Assembly (NCBI GenBank): GCA_943788915.1
Contig: CALSSD010000008.1
Location: forward strand, 62,001-126,000
Length of the DNA: 64,000 nucleotides
Source of the DNA: an uncultured Acidimicrobiales bacterium
GTDB taxonomy: Bacteria > Actinomycetota > Acidimicrobiia > Acidimicrobiales > UBA10347
Direction: 5' to 3'
The position numbers and the translations under genes are program-made. Numbering within the stretch: position 1 is the stretch's first letter; each line of letters begins with the position of its first letter. This document shows positions 52,788-63,137 of the stretch, one piece after another. Under the pieces are notes generated by a model that saw only the letters and a list, made by a program, of their open reading frames with translations, made no database searches and had not been told where the DNA came from.

Positions 52788-53654
52788 GTGATCATCGAAG
52801 GTGACTACCAACGAGACGGCGCCGTGTGTGTACGTCAGGCGTTCACCGCCGAACATGTCGCTATGGCCACAGAGGCGATCGAGGCCAACCTGGCCGACCT
52901 CTCCCCCATGGCGAAACGGGCAAGCGCCGACGACGACGGTGCGTTCATCGAAGACTTCCGCTCATGGGATCGCATTCCCGCAATCGAAGCGTTCATCCGC
53001 TATTCCCCTGCCGCCGAAATCGCGGCCGAGCTCACCGGCAGTTCTACCATCCGGCTGTATCACGACCATATGTTGGTCAAGGAACCTGGCACCCGCCAAC
53101 GCACACCGTGGCACCAGGATCAGCCGTACTACAACGTCGATGGCTCCCAGAACGCCAGCATGTGGTTCCCCGTCGACCCGGTCCCCCGGGCCGCAACCCT
53201 GGAGTTCATCGCTGGCTCACATCGGGGCCCGTGGTTCATGCCTCGGACCTTTCTCGATGAACAAGCCAAGTGGTTTCCTGAAGGAAGCCTGGCCGAGATG
53301 CCCGACTTTGCTGCCGACCCAGAACGGTGGCCGGTCATTGGCTGGGAGCTCGAACCGGGCGATGCCGTCTTCTTCAACATGGTGGCCGTGCACGGCTCAG
53401 CTGGCGTCGATGGCCCCCATCGCCGGCGGGTGTTGTCCGTGCGTTTCTTAGGCGACGACATGGTCCATGCACCTCGTCGATGGACCACGTCACCACCGTT
53501 TCCCGGCTTGACCGACGAACTTGCACCAGGCGCAGCCATGGACCATCCGCTGTTCCCCGTCCTCTGGGAAACGACAATCGACGAGCCCCATCCACACGAA
53601 AAGCGGCGTTCGGCGCTGCTAGTCGACGGCGGATACGTGCAACCCGATCGCTGA
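52788..53654 (+). CDS. Phytanoyl-CoA dioxygenase (PhyH) family Fe/2OG enzyme
   Basis: LVKEPGT...TPWHQD, LEPGDAVFF...VHG...RRVLSVRF. Confidence 0.9.
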   Translation: MIIEGDYQRDGAVCVRQAFTAEHVAMATEAIEANLADLSPMAKRASADDDGAFIEDFRSWDRIPAIEAFIRYSPAAEIAAELTGSSTIRLYHDHMLVKEPGTRQRTPWHQDQPYYNVDGSQNASMWFPVDPVPRAATLEFIAGSHRGPWFMPRTFLDEQAKWFPEGSLAEMPDFAADPERWPVIGWELEPGDAVFFNMVAVHGSAGVDGPHRRRVLSVRFLGDDMVHAPRRWTTSPPFPGLTDELAPGAAMDHPLFPVLWETTIDEPHPHEKRRSALLVDGGYVQPDR

Positions 53655-53910
53655 TTCGGGGTTCAGGATCACCATCTGGAGGCCAGCCCCGAGCTGAGCA
53701 AACGACACGAGTGCCTCGAAACCCAAGGGTGTGTTCGGCCGGTGGTGATTCCGGGCCTCGACCAGCACCTGGTGATCGGGCACAAGCGCCCAGTTGAGAT
53801 GGGCCCGGTACAGATCTGAGTCGGGGTTCACCATCTCTGGCTCGGACCCTGTCGGCCAACGTACGTTCCTCGCACCTTTTCAGGAACAAGACTGCCTGTA
53901 GTGTCCTGCG

Positions 53911-55893
53911 ATGGCCTACAGCAGCGAACCATCGGAAACCCCTGTCGATATTCCCTCGGGCCCTCACGAGTGGCATCGGGTACTTGATCGTGAGGAACTC
54001 GATGTTCGCCGTGTAACGACAGTCGCCGTCGGTCGCCGCACGTTGTGCGTGACGAACATCGACGGGCGTTATGGCGCCATGGACAATCATTGCCCACACC
54101 AAGGCGGCCCACTCGGCGAAGGTTCGATCGAGAAGGGCTGGCTTCGTTGCCCATGGCACGGATTCGACTATTCACCCTGCAACGGCAAGCCGCCTGGGGG
54201 ATTCGACGATGCTCCACAGGCGTATGCAACTCAAGTCCGCGACGATGGCGTGTACGTGGCGCTCCCACCCGAGGAAGATCCACCGCGGTCCGTATCTAAC
54301 GTGATGGTCGACACCATGATCAACTGGGGCGTCGATGCCGTCTTCGGCATGGTTGGCCACTCCAACCTTGGGTTCGCAGACGCTATGCGCACCGCCGAAG
54401 CCCGGGGCGACCTTCGTTACTTCGGCATACGCCACGAGGGTGCTGCTGCGTTCGCCGCAACTGCCTATGGCAAACTCACCGGCCGGCTATCAGCATGCTT
54501 CGGCATTGCTGGACCCGGATCAACCAATCTGCTCACTGGCCTCTACGACGCCAAGGTTGACCGAGCGCCAGTGCTCGCGCTCTCGGGGCAGGTCCCATCG
54601 AAGGACAAGGGTCGCGGTGCCTTTCAGGATCTTGACCTCGAAGGGGCCTTCGCCGACGTGGCGGCATTTAGCGAGACAATCCATGCGGGAGCAGACCCAG
54701 CAGAGATCATGAGCTTGGCGTGCAAGACCGCGCTGGTTGAACGCAATGTTGCCCACATCGTGTTGCCCGACGAGGTGCAAGTCCTGGCTTCCGATGTCGA
54801 GCCCAGCGGACCCACTGGGCGAGTGGGCTCCCGGCTGATTGCTCCCCCGGCTGATGTCCTGGCCGAAGCGCTGTCGATGATCGCAGCGGCGTCGCGGCCA
54901 TTGATCACCGTTGGAGCGGGAGCGCGTCACGAGATGGCGCAGGTTCTGCAGTTCGCCGAACACATCGGAGCGCCAGTCGCAACCACGTTCAAAGGCAAGG
55001 GTCTGATCAGCGACAGCCATCCGCTTGGTTGTGGTGTGCTCGGGCGTTCGGGCACACCGATCGCAAGCTGGTTCATGAACGAAAGCGACCTAATCATCGT
55101 CTTCGGTGCATCATTCTCGAACCACACCGGCATCGCCTCGTACAAACCAATTATCCAGGTCGACGACGACCCCATGTCGCTCGGCCGGTTTCACTCCGTC
55201 GACGTACCAATGCAGGCCAACGTCGGTGTCGCTGCGGCAGCGCTCATAGACGGTTTGGGTGCCGACGCCGACCGCCACGACTTCTCTGCAGAAGTCGCCG
55301 AACGGTGGGCCATCTGGCGGGCCGAGAAAGCTCAACGGGTCGACGACGACCGAGGCCAAGGAATCGGTGCCGCAGTGTTATTCGAAACGCTCAGCGACCA
55401 TGTGCCCGACGATGCCGTCATCTGTGTCGACGTTGGTAACAACACCTACTCGTTCGGTCGTTACTTCGAGGTCACCAACCAAGATGTGCTGATGTCGGGT
55501 TACCTCGGTTCGATCGGGTTCGGCTTTCCTGCTGCGATGGGTGCCTGGGCGGCGGTTGGCGCCAACCGGAAGGTCGTGTCGGTGTCGGGCGACGGCGGGT
55601 TCGGCCAATACGCCATGGACTTCACCACTGCGGTGAAATACGAGATGAACATCACCCATGTGTTGATGAACAACGCCCAGCTTGGCAAGATCTCCAAGGA
55701 ACAACGAGCTGCACACTTCGATGTGTGGCAGACCAGCCTGGTCAATCCCAACTTCGCCGACTTCGCTACGTTGTGTGGCGGCCTTGGCATCCGAGTCACC
55801 GATCCCGCAGACCTCAACGAAGCCCTGGCTCAAGCTATGGCTCACGACGGTCCGGCACTCGTCGAAGTCATCACCGACGCACAACTTCTCTGA
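53911..55893 (+). CDS. Pyruvate oxidase-like TPP enzyme with an N-terminal Rieske domain
   Basis: CPHQGGPL...CPWHG; FGMVGHS, RHEGAAAF, GPGSTN, GDGGFGQY...NN. Confidence 0.9.
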   Translation: MAYSSEPSETPVDIPSGPHEWHRVLDREELDVRRVTTVAVGRRTLCVTNIDGRYGAMDNHCPHQGGPLGEGSIEKGWLRCPWHGFDYSPCNGKPPGGFDDAPQAYATQVRDDGVYVALPPEEDPPRSVSNVMVDTMINWGVDAVFGMVGHSNLGFADAMRTAEARGDLRYFGIRHEGAAAFAATAYGKLTGRLSACFGIAGPGSTNLLTGLYDAKVDRAPVLALSGQVPSKDKGRGAFQDLDLEGAFADVAAFSETIHAGADPAEIMSLACKTALVERNVAHIVLPDEVQVLASDVEPSGPTGRVGSRLIAPPADVLAEALSMIAAASRPLITVGAGARHEMAQVLQFAEHIGAPVATTFKGKGLISDSHPLGCGVLGRSGTPIASWFMNESDLIIVFGASFSNHTGIASYKPIIQVDDDPMSLGRFHSVDVPMQANVGVAAAALIDGLGADADRHDFSAEVAERWAIWRAEKAQRVDDDRGQGIGAAVLFETLSDHVPDDAVICVDVGNNTYSFGRYFEVTNQDVLMSGYLGSIGFGFPAAMGAWAAVGANRKVVSVSGDGGFGQYAMDFTTAVKYEMNITHVLMNNAQLGKISKEQRAAHFDVWQTSLVNPNFADFATLCGGLGIRVTDPADLNEALAQAMAHDGPALVEVITDAQLL

Positions 55894-56035
55894 TCACGCT
55901 GACTGCGTTTGCGAGAGCCAGGGGCTCATCGCCAACACCACTGACCAGCCGTCGCTGATCATTGGTGCGCACTCCCCCGTTTCCGTGACATGATGCGGCC
56001 ATCATGGCCTATGGGCATCTGAACGACGACTCGTA

Positions 56036-57289
56036 ATGAGTGCAAGCGTCGCAGCCGTTGCATTCACCATCATCGCGTTCGCGCTGATCTCCAAACGGAT
56101 CGAACCCACCATCATTAGCGGGCCCATGGTGTTCGTCGCCATGGGCCTTCTGTTTGGGCCTCAAGCAACCGATCTCGTCGATCTCGGCCTTGAGATCGAA
56201 GCCGTCGAACTCGTTGGCGAAGTCACGCTGGCCGTCTTGCTATTCGCCGACGCCAGCCGTATCAATGGCCGCGAGTTACGTCGTGAATACATGCTGCCAG
56301 CCCGGCTGTTGGGTATTGGGCTCCCGCTCACGGTCGCCCTGGGCACGGGCGTGCTCTATCTGTTGATCGATGGTGTCGGCATCTGGGAAGCGGCACTGAT
56401 CGCTGCGATCCTGTCACCGACCGACGCCGCACTTGGCCAAGAAGTCGTGACCGATGAGGCCATACCGTCACGGATTCGACAGGGCCTGACGGTGGAGTCG
56501 GGGCTCAACGACGGGCTCGTGGTTCCAGCGGTTGCGCTCTTCCTGGCATTATCCGCTGGTGATCGCGACGTTGGCAACACAACATTCTGGACCCAGTTTG
56601 TCTTCGAGCAGATCGGCATCGGTGTGCTGGTTGGCGTCTCCATTGGTGCTGCTGGCGCACTCCTCCTGAACGTCGGGCGTCGACATGATTGGGTCGACGG
56701 CGTATATGCGCAACTCGCTACGTTCTCACTGGCTGTTGCATCGCTCGCGGTCGCTCTTGAACTTGGGGGCAACGGGTTCATTGCTGCGTTTCTCGCTGGC
56801 CTCACGTTCGGAGGTAGTGCCGAACGTTCTCACCATCTGGGCGAGTTCACCGAAGACGCCGCACAACTTGCCGCAGTCGTGTCGTTCTTTTTGTTTGGCA
56901 ACATCCTTCTTGGACTCGCCATCGGCGACGTCACGGTGGCGATCCTGTTGTGTGCGGTCGCATCGCTCACCGTGGTGCGGATCGTGCCTGTCGTTTTTGC
57001 GCTCGTCGGTTCCGGTGCTGCTAGCGAGACGCGACTATTCGTGGGCTGGTTTGGGCCTCGAGGACTTGCCTCGATCTTGTTCGGGCTCCTGCTATTCGAA
57101 GAAGAAATCGAAGGCGGGGAGCAGCTCTTTGCAGTGGTTGCGTGGACGGTCGCACTCAGTGTTCTTCTGCACGGTGCCACCGCGTCCTGGGGCGCCCGCC
57201 GCTATAGCCAATGGTGGAACGACATGCCCGAGCACAAGAAGGACTCCATGCCCGAAGGTATGGATATGGACGATCTCGTCGCCGAGTAA
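56036..57289 (+). CDS. Cation:proton antiporter (CPA1/NhaP-like)
   Basis: LSPTDAALG, VESGLNDG, GWFGPRGLAS. Confidence 0.92.
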   Translation: MSASVAAVAFTIIAFALISKRIEPTIISGPMVFVAMGLLFGPQATDLVDLGLEIEAVELVGEVTLAVLLFADASRINGRELRREYMLPARLLGIGLPLTVALGTGVLYLLIDGVGIWEAALIAAILSPTDAALGQEVVTDEAIPSRIRQGLTVESGLNDGLVVPAVALFLALSAGDRDVGNTTFWTQFVFEQIGIGVLVGVSIGAAGALLLNVGRRHDWVDGVYAQLATFSLAVASLAVALELGGNGFIAAFLAGLTFGGSAERSHHLGEFTEDAAQLAAVVSFFLFGNILLGLAIGDVTVAILLCAVASLTVVRIVPVVFALVGSGAASETRLFVGWFGPRGLASILFGLLLFEEEIEGGEQLFAVVAWTVALSVLLHGATASWGARRYSQWWNDMPEHKKDSMPEGMDMDDLVAE

Positions 57290-57344
57290 CTGCTGTTCGA
57301 CTCGCTGGTTTGACCATCGCGTTCTCGACCAGGATGCGGACCGA

Positions 57345-58666
57345 TCAGCTGGCTGCCCCACAGGTCCGTAGCTCAAACTGTGTATCGACATCTACCTCTG
57401 CCATCATGACCGAGGTATCGGGAAACGTCGGCTGCAACCCGGCGACAAGGGTTTCACCGAGAGCCACTGCCGCTTGTGGCGTGTCCATGACGATTGTGGC
57501 TATCAAGCAAAGATCTTCGTCGGCTCTCATAGACGATGAACCGGTCACCTGCCCATGGTTCGACCAGCTCGCGGACTGCCAGTTCCCCTCGCGACCATCA
57601 ACCAGGGCAGACAGCAACATCGCTGCTCCGATCGTGCCGGTGGCTCGCACATCCACGCCAAACGGAGCGCTCCGGGGTGGGCACGTCGACAGCTGCTTCG
57701 CCCGCAAGATACTTCTCAGGGAACAGGATCTGTTCGGTGGTGGTAGCCGGTGTCATGAGCAAATCGAACAGCCCTTCAACACCCCTGGCGTCGAAAATTG
57801 CTTCGACAAACGCGGGGCCAGTGGCGTAGGAGAAGTTCACATGCCGAGCTGGGCCAGGCCCGACAAGCGGCACCATGTCCGGGCGGATGATGGGCAACTC
57901 GGGTGTGACCAGTGCAAGCTCCTCGGCAGGTGCCCGGTCGAGATACGCGAACGTCACGAACTGTGGCACTCCCTCGATCGAGGCCCCATACGGCTTCGGG
58001 GTCTCGTCGGTCTCGAAGCGAGTGTCCTCGAACAGCTCGGGGTATTGCGTGTGGAGTGCATGGGTCAGTTCGTGCACCAGGATGGCTTCGGTCTCAAGTT
58101 TGGTTGCTTCGACCTCGACAACAACCTGGGTGCCGTTGTCGAACCGGCAACACAGGCCCCGAATACGGTCTCGCCGTACCTGATTGGCCACGTCTCGATC
58201 GGCCTGGCTGTCGGCTAACCCGAGTCCCTGGAGCAGGTACCACTCTTCGACACTGAACGGCTCGAAGTCTGGGTGCGTACTCGGCCCCCACGTCGTCGCT
58301 CACCAACACGGTCACGTCCGATGTGAACACAAGCTCGTGGATCTCTTCGACAACCGCCGCCAGTCGGGCGACGTCGGCTTCGGTGGTAACCCAGCCATCG
58401 CCCTGGATGACAACAGGGGTTGTGTCGACCGGTGTCGGCGTTGGTGTGGGGGCCGGCACCGGTGTTGCCGTCGGAGTGGGTCGCGGAGTCGGCACCACAG
58501 TTGGCACTGGCGTGGGTGTTGGCATGGCCGTCGGCTGGACCGCAGCCGACGGTTCCACTGCCACAGCCTGATCGTTCGCCACAGCTTCGGTCATCGGATC
58601 AGCACTACAGGCACCCACCACCAGAGCGAAACCAATCAGGATCGCGACAAAGCCACGCCAGGTCAC
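57345..58666 (-). CDS. Lipoprotein with a zincin HExxH motif; frameshifts near 58268 and 57665
   Basis: Lipobox VGAC, PT linker, ILVHELTHAL...IEG, FSYATGPAFV, PATTTEQILFPEKY spread over three frames; GTGA overlap with trmH. Confidence 0.7.
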
Positions 58667-59703
58667 CGCCGGGCCCGAGTCACATGCCACATAGCGATGG
58701 CTGCCGCGGTCGCAACGTTGAGCGAGTCAATGCCCTGATGCATCGGGATACTTGCCCGATGGGTCGCCCGCTGCTGAGTGGCGTCGGTCAGCCCAGGTTC
58801 TTCTGCCCCCAATAACAGCGCCACCCGCTCGTTGGGGTCGAAGTCGATCGAGTCCAGCGGCTGAGCATCGGGATCGGGAGTCAACGCAATAGTGGTGAAA
58901 CCCTGCTCGTGAAGCAGATCAAGACCGTCGGGAAACTCCGGCAACCGGGTGTGGGGAACCGCAAAGACCGCGCCCATCGAAACCCGGCACGTCCGGCGGG
59001 CAAGCGGATCACAACTCGACGGGTCAACCAATAGGGCTTGCACCCCTAATGCTGCCGCGGTGCGAAGCATCACGCCCATATTGGTCGGGTTATTCACGCC
59101 TTCGGTGACGATGGCCGTGTGTGCGCCGGCAACAACCTCGGCGATCGGGCGCAGCGCTGGCCGATGGAATGCGGCCATGGCACCTCGGTACCGACGATGA
59201 GAAGCGATCTCCTGTACGACAGGCTCACCCATACGAAACAGTGGTGTGGACCCGATGTCGAACTCAAGCGGACGGGTGCGTGCCGCCTCGACGATGACCG
59301 AGTGCATGGTGTGACCAGCATCGAGCGCGCGTTGAATGACAACATCACCCTCGGCGATGAAGATGCCTTCCATGTCGCCGCCTGGGGCTTCCCGCAGCTG
59401 CCGCAGCGCCTGATCTCGCAGACCGGTGAACAACAACATGCGCTCATCACCCGGATCGTTAATGACCTCGCCAAGCAATATCTCCGGGCTTGCTTCGCTG
59501 CGCCCTTGCGGCATTCGCCTGGAAGTGTTTCCCGACGGAGACATCTCACCAGATTCTGTTTCCGGGTTTGCTTCGCTGCGCCCTTGCGGCATTCGCCTGG
59601 AAGTGTTTCCCGACGGAGACATCTCACCAGATTCTGTTTCCGGGCTTGCTTCGCTGCGCCCTTGCGGCATCACGGCTGGGTGTGTTTCGTTTTGGTTTGT
59701 CAC
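58663..59703 (-). CDS. TrmH/SpoU family RNA methyltransferase with a repeat-derived N-terminal extension
   Basis: FIAEG, NNPTNMGVMLRTAAALG, RVSMGAVF, LLGAEEPGL, IPM...DSLNVATAAAI. Confidence 0.9.
   Translation of the reverse strand: MTNQNETHPAVMPQGRSEASPETESGEMSPSGNTSRRMPQGRSEANPETESGEMSPSGNTSRRMPQGRSEASPEILLGEVINDPGDERMLLFTGLRDQALRQLREAPGGDMEGIFIAEGDVVIQRALDAGHTMHSVIVEAARTRPLEFDIGSTPLFRMGEPVVQEIASHRRYRGAMAAFHRPALRPIAEVVAGAHTAIVTEGVNNPTNMGVMLRTAAALGVQALLVDPSSCDPLARRTCRVSMGAVFAVPHTRLPEFPDGLDLLHEQGFTTIALTPDPDAQPLDSIDFDPNERVALLLGAEEPGLTDATQQRATHRASIPMHQGIDSLNVATAAAIAMWHVTRARR
59483..59670 (-). repeat. In-frame 78-bp tandem repeat (about 2.4 copies) at the trmH 5' end
   Basis: Units start at 59483, 59561 and 59639; each encodes MPQGRSEA(S/N)PETESGEMSPSGNTSRR. 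Confidence 0.95.
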
Positions 59704-60707
59704 TCGGGTTTCTTTGCCCGGCTTGGGGCGACTCGGGGTGGCTCGTTGGGTTGTTTGGGATAGACGGGCGGCCACGGAGCGTCCATCATGCCCGCAGCCA
59801 TGTCGCGCTCGTGGAACGCGAGCAGCGGTTCCAACGACTGAGATGCTGAGCCATAGTCAGACCATGCGTCGCCGAGTTCATTGAGTAAGCCTGGCACGGT
59901 TGCGATCGTAAGTGCGTTCGGGTCGACGTCGTTCACGGCATCCCAGGCGATCGGCATGGACACCTGCGCTCCGACCCGGGGACGGACCGACCATGCACCA
60001 AAGACGGTCTTATGAGGTGCGTTCTGGTTGAAGTCAATGAACACCCGGTCGCCTCGTTCTTCCTTCCACCACGCTGCCGTGAGCCGATCGGGATGGCGTC
60101 GTTCGAGTTCGCGAGCCAGAGCGACCGCAGCGGCACGCACCTGATAGCTATCCCACTGAGGCGCGAGCTTGACGAAAACATGCAAACCCTTGCTGCCAGT
60201 GGTCTTGACCCAGCTGGTTACACCCAGTTCGGTGAAGAACGCTCGGACCTGGTGCGCAGCCCACCGGATGTCATCGAAGGTGATCTTGCCGTGCGGGTCC
60301 AGATCGATGCGTAGTTCGTCGGCGATATCTGGCTGTGCTGCGGGATATGGCCACACGTGGAAACACAACGAACCCATATGTGCGGCCCACACCACGTGAG
60401 CAATATCTGCCAGCACGATCGCCTGGCTGGTTGTGCCATTGGGCGTGGACACTTCTGTCGTTTCCAGCCACTCGGGCGCACCCTTGGGCACGCGCTTCTG
60501 CCAGAAACTTTTGCCCGACGCCCCATCAGGGAACCGCTGCATAAGCGCAGGCCGGCCACCAACAACACCCATCATGGGTTCGGCCACCGCAATGTAATAG
60601 TCGATCAGGTCAAGCTTGGTCTCGCCCCGTTTGGTGAAGAACACCTTGTCGGGGCTGGTAACCCGCACCGTCTTACCCGCCAGCTCAAGCTCTAGCGCTT
60701 CAGGCAC
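59700..60707 (-). CDS. Stand-alone LigD-type polymerase domain (PrimPolC-like)
   Basis: SPDKVFF, QRFPDG, FWQKRVP, ELRIDLDP, KTTGSKGLHV, VFIDFNQNA, PP.YPK.PNEPPRVAPSR. Confidence 0.9.
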   Translation of the reverse strand: MPEALELELAGKTVRVTSPDKVFFTKRGETKLDLIDYYIAVAEPMMGVVGGRPALMQRFPDGASGKSFWQKRVPKGAPEWLETTEVSTPNGTTSQAIVLADIAHVVWAAHMGSLCFHVWPYPAAQPDIADELRIDLDPHGKITFDDIRWAAHQVRAFFTELGVTSWVKTTGSKGLHVFVKLAPQWDSYQVRAAAVALARELERRHPDRLTAAWWKEERGDRVFIDFNQNAPHKTVFGAWSVRPRVGAQVSMPIAWDAVNDVDPNALTIATVPGLLNELGDAWSDYGSASQSLEPLLAFHERDMAAGMMDAPWPPVYPKQPNEPPRVAPSRAKKPE

Positions 60708-60709
60708 GC

Positions 60710-60846
60710 GTTTCACCGCTCCGCTCGGGCCGACGTTCGTCGGACATGGTTTCACACCAACCTGATCGGCTCGTCCCTCGCCTCCGCCCGCTCGTCCCTC
60801 GCTCCGACCCTGTCCTGGTCACGATGTTTCACCGCTCCGCTCGGGC
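60710..60846. repeat. 21-bp direct repeat GTTTCACCGCTCCGCTCGGGC flanking two copies of GCTCGTCCCTCGC
   Basis: Outer copies at 60710-60730 and 60826-60846; inner 13-mers near 60769 and 60790. Confidence 0.8.
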
Positions 60847-61931
60847 TTCAACACCTTGTCGAGGCCGATGGGGACCGGTTCGTCGAGCTGGTCGTAGTCG
60901 CACTGCGACGGTTCCTTGTCATGACGCCACCGCAACATCTTGGTCACCTCACGGAACCGGCCATTGAGCGTGGACCCGTATTTGACCTCGGCCACCCACT
61001 CGGGTCGGATCGGGAGCCAGCCCATGTCCTTGTTGGCATTCCACCGGTGTTGTTGTTGGGCCCCGGCCTCGGACCACGTTGCCCACGGATGATCATCGAG
61101 CGCGTTCTCGGTCAACGGCTTGAGTTCTTCGAGCAGTTCAGAGCGTCTGGCCGCGGTGAAGCTGGCGGCCACGCCGACATGGCGCAAAGCACCGTCGTCG
61201 TCAAAGAGCCCAAGCATGAGCGAGCCAACGCCGTTGCCGTCCTTGTGGATGCGATAGCCGGCCACGACTGCGTCGGCGGAACGGATGTGTTTGACCTTGA
61301 GCTGTGACCGTTTGTTCTCGGCGTACGGCTCCGCCATGGGTTTGGCGATCAGACCGTCGAGCCCGGCACCTTCGAAATCCACGAACCACTGGTGAGCAAT
61401 GTCATGGTCGCGTGTGAGCGGAGTCAGATGCAGCGGCGCAGAAACGTCAGCGAAGACCGCTTCGAGTTGCGCACGTCGTTCGCCAAACGGCAACCCACGA
61501 AGATCTTGATCGCCGACCGCAAGCAGATCGAAGGCCACGATGTCGGCCGGCGTCTTCTCAGCCAGCATGTTGACGCGACTTTCAGCCGGATGGATGCGCT
61601 GCTGCAACTGATCAAACTCGAGCCGATTCTCAAGAGCCACGATGATCTCGCAGTCGAAGATCACCCGGTCCGGCAGCTGATCCCGGATGGGATCAAGCAA
61701 CTCTGGGAAGTACCGAGTCAGCGGCTTGCTGTTGCGCGACCCAAGATGCACATCGGCGCCATCACGAAAAACAATGCAGCGGAAGCCGTCCCATTTAGGT
61801 TCGAACGCAAGGTCATCACGTTCAGGGATACCCACCACTGCCTTGGCCAACATGGGCTTGAGCGGAGGTTGAAACGGCAGGTTTGCAAGTCCATCCGCAC
61901 GGGACCCGTCGCGTGCGGGCTGCTCGCTCAC
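60819..61931 (-). CDS. ligC: ATP-dependent DNA ligase C
   Basis: KPMLAK, EPKWDGFR, LTRYFPEL, GAGLDGLIAK, KVKH, GSLMLGL, RWRHDK. Confidence 0.92.
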   Translation of the reverse strand: MSEQPARDGSRADGLANLPFQPPLKPMLAKAVVGIPERDDLAFEPKWDGFRCIVFRDGADVHLGSRNSKPLTRYFPELLDPIRDQLPDRVIFDCEIIVALENRLEFDQLQQRIHPAESRVNMLAEKTPADIVAFDLLAVGDQDLRGLPFGERRAQLEAVFADVSAPLHLTPLTRDHDIAHQWFVDFEGAGLDGLIAKPMAEPYAENKRSQLKVKHIRSADAVVAGYRIHKDGNGVGSLMLGLFDDDGALRHVGVAASFTAARRSELLEELKPLTENALDDHPWATWSEAGAQQQHRWNANKDMGWLPIRPEWVAEVKYGSTLNGRFREVTKMLRWRHDKEPSQCDYDQLDEPVPIGLDKVLKPERSGETS

Positions 61932-63100
61932 GAGCTCAGGTTGATCGACACCGGTGCTTCCATCAAACGAACAGTACAGGTCCCCATATCGATGGGGGGC
62001 GTAACCTCGGTGACAAGCAGGTTTGCGATGCGATTGATCTCGTCGCTGGCTGGCCCGTCGCCCAACGCTGTTGGCTGGCCCACATCGCCACCTTCGGCAA
62101 CTGCGGTGTCGATCGGAATCTTGCCCAGCAATGGCACCTTCAGGTCGTCAGCCAAATTCTGGCCGCCACCGCTACCGAAAATCGGATAACTCTCGCCATC
62201 CGGAGTCACGAAGGCGCTCATGTTCTCGATGACACCAGCGATACGCAGATAGTTCTTGCGTCCCATACTCGCGGCCCGAGCCGCGACTTTCTGTGCGGCA
62301 AGGGTTGGGGTCGTGACGATGATCATTTCGGCCTGAGGAAGCATCTTGGCCAACCCCATCTGTACGTCGCCGGTACCGGGTGGCATGTCGATCAGCAAGT
62401 AGTCCATGTCGCCCCATCGCACATCTTCGAGGAAGTGTTGGACGGCGCGGTTCAGAATGAGCCCCCGCCACATGAGTGCGGTTTCTTCCTGGTCAACCAG
62501 GAAACCCATGGAAACGACTTTGACCCGGCCTTTGCCGATGCGCCGCTGGTTCGGTTTGATCTTTGCGCCATCACCGGTTTCGCTTCCTGCGAGCCGGCCC
62601 TCGACACCGATCATCCGAGGGACCGAATAACCCCAGATATCTGCGTCGAGCACCCCCACGGTGAAACCTTGGTTCGCAATGGCAGCAGCCAGGTTCACGG
62701 TCACGGAGCTCTTACCGACACCACCCTTACCGCTGGCGATCATGACGACCCGAGTCGACGGCGAGACCTCGTTGTCTGGTGGGTTCTCGGCGACACGTTT
62801 GCGAGCCCGCGCCATGACTTCGGCCTTTTCGCCCTGCTCAAGTTCAGTCCAGTTGATCTTGACTTTTTCCACACCAGGCAGCTGGTCGACGCGGCCAACG
62901 ATGTCTTTCTTAATCTGGGCTCGCAGGGGGCAGCCCATGGTGGTCAGCGCGATCGTGACATGAGCAATGCCGTCGTCACCGAGTGATGTTTTGGGCACCA
63001 TGCCGAGCTCAACAATGTTGGCTCCAAGTTCAGGATCGATGACACCACGTAGGACCGCCAAGATGTCTTCGGGGGTCGCACGATCAGCGGTAAGGCTCAC
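61928..63100 (-). CDS. Mrp/NBP35 (ApbC) Fe-S cluster carrier ATPase with N-terminal DUF59
   Basis: VIDPELG, GCPL, ASGKGGVGKSS, DADIWG, MWRG, DMPPGTGD, GVIENMS. Confidence 0.93.
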   Translation of the reverse strand: MSLTADRATPEDILAVLRGVIDPELGANIVELGMVPKTSLGDDGIAHVTIALTTMGCPLRAQIKKDIVGRVDQLPGVEKVKINWTELEQGEKAEVMARARKRVAENPPDNEVSPSTRVVMIASGKGGVGKSSVTVNLAAAIANQGFTVGVLDADIWGYSVPRMIGVEGRLAGSETGDGAKIKPNQRRIGKGRVKVVSMGFLVDQEETALMWRGLILNRAVQHFLEDVRWGDMDYLLIDMPPGTGDVQMGLAKMLPQAEMIIVTTPTLAAQKVAARAASMGRKNYLRIAGVIENMSAFVTPDGESYPIFGSGGGQNLADDLKVPLLGKIPIDTAVAEGGDVGQPTALGDGPASDEINRIANLLVTEVTPPIDMGTCTVRLMEAPVSINLSS

Positions 63101-63137
63101 CCACCAATTCTAGTGCTCGATCTGGTCGCCCCTACCG

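Noticed and set aside
53619..53834. 71-aa minus-strand ORF
   Set aside because: It overlaps the PhyH 3' end and has no recognisable motif or RBS; it may be a remnant but is unsupported.
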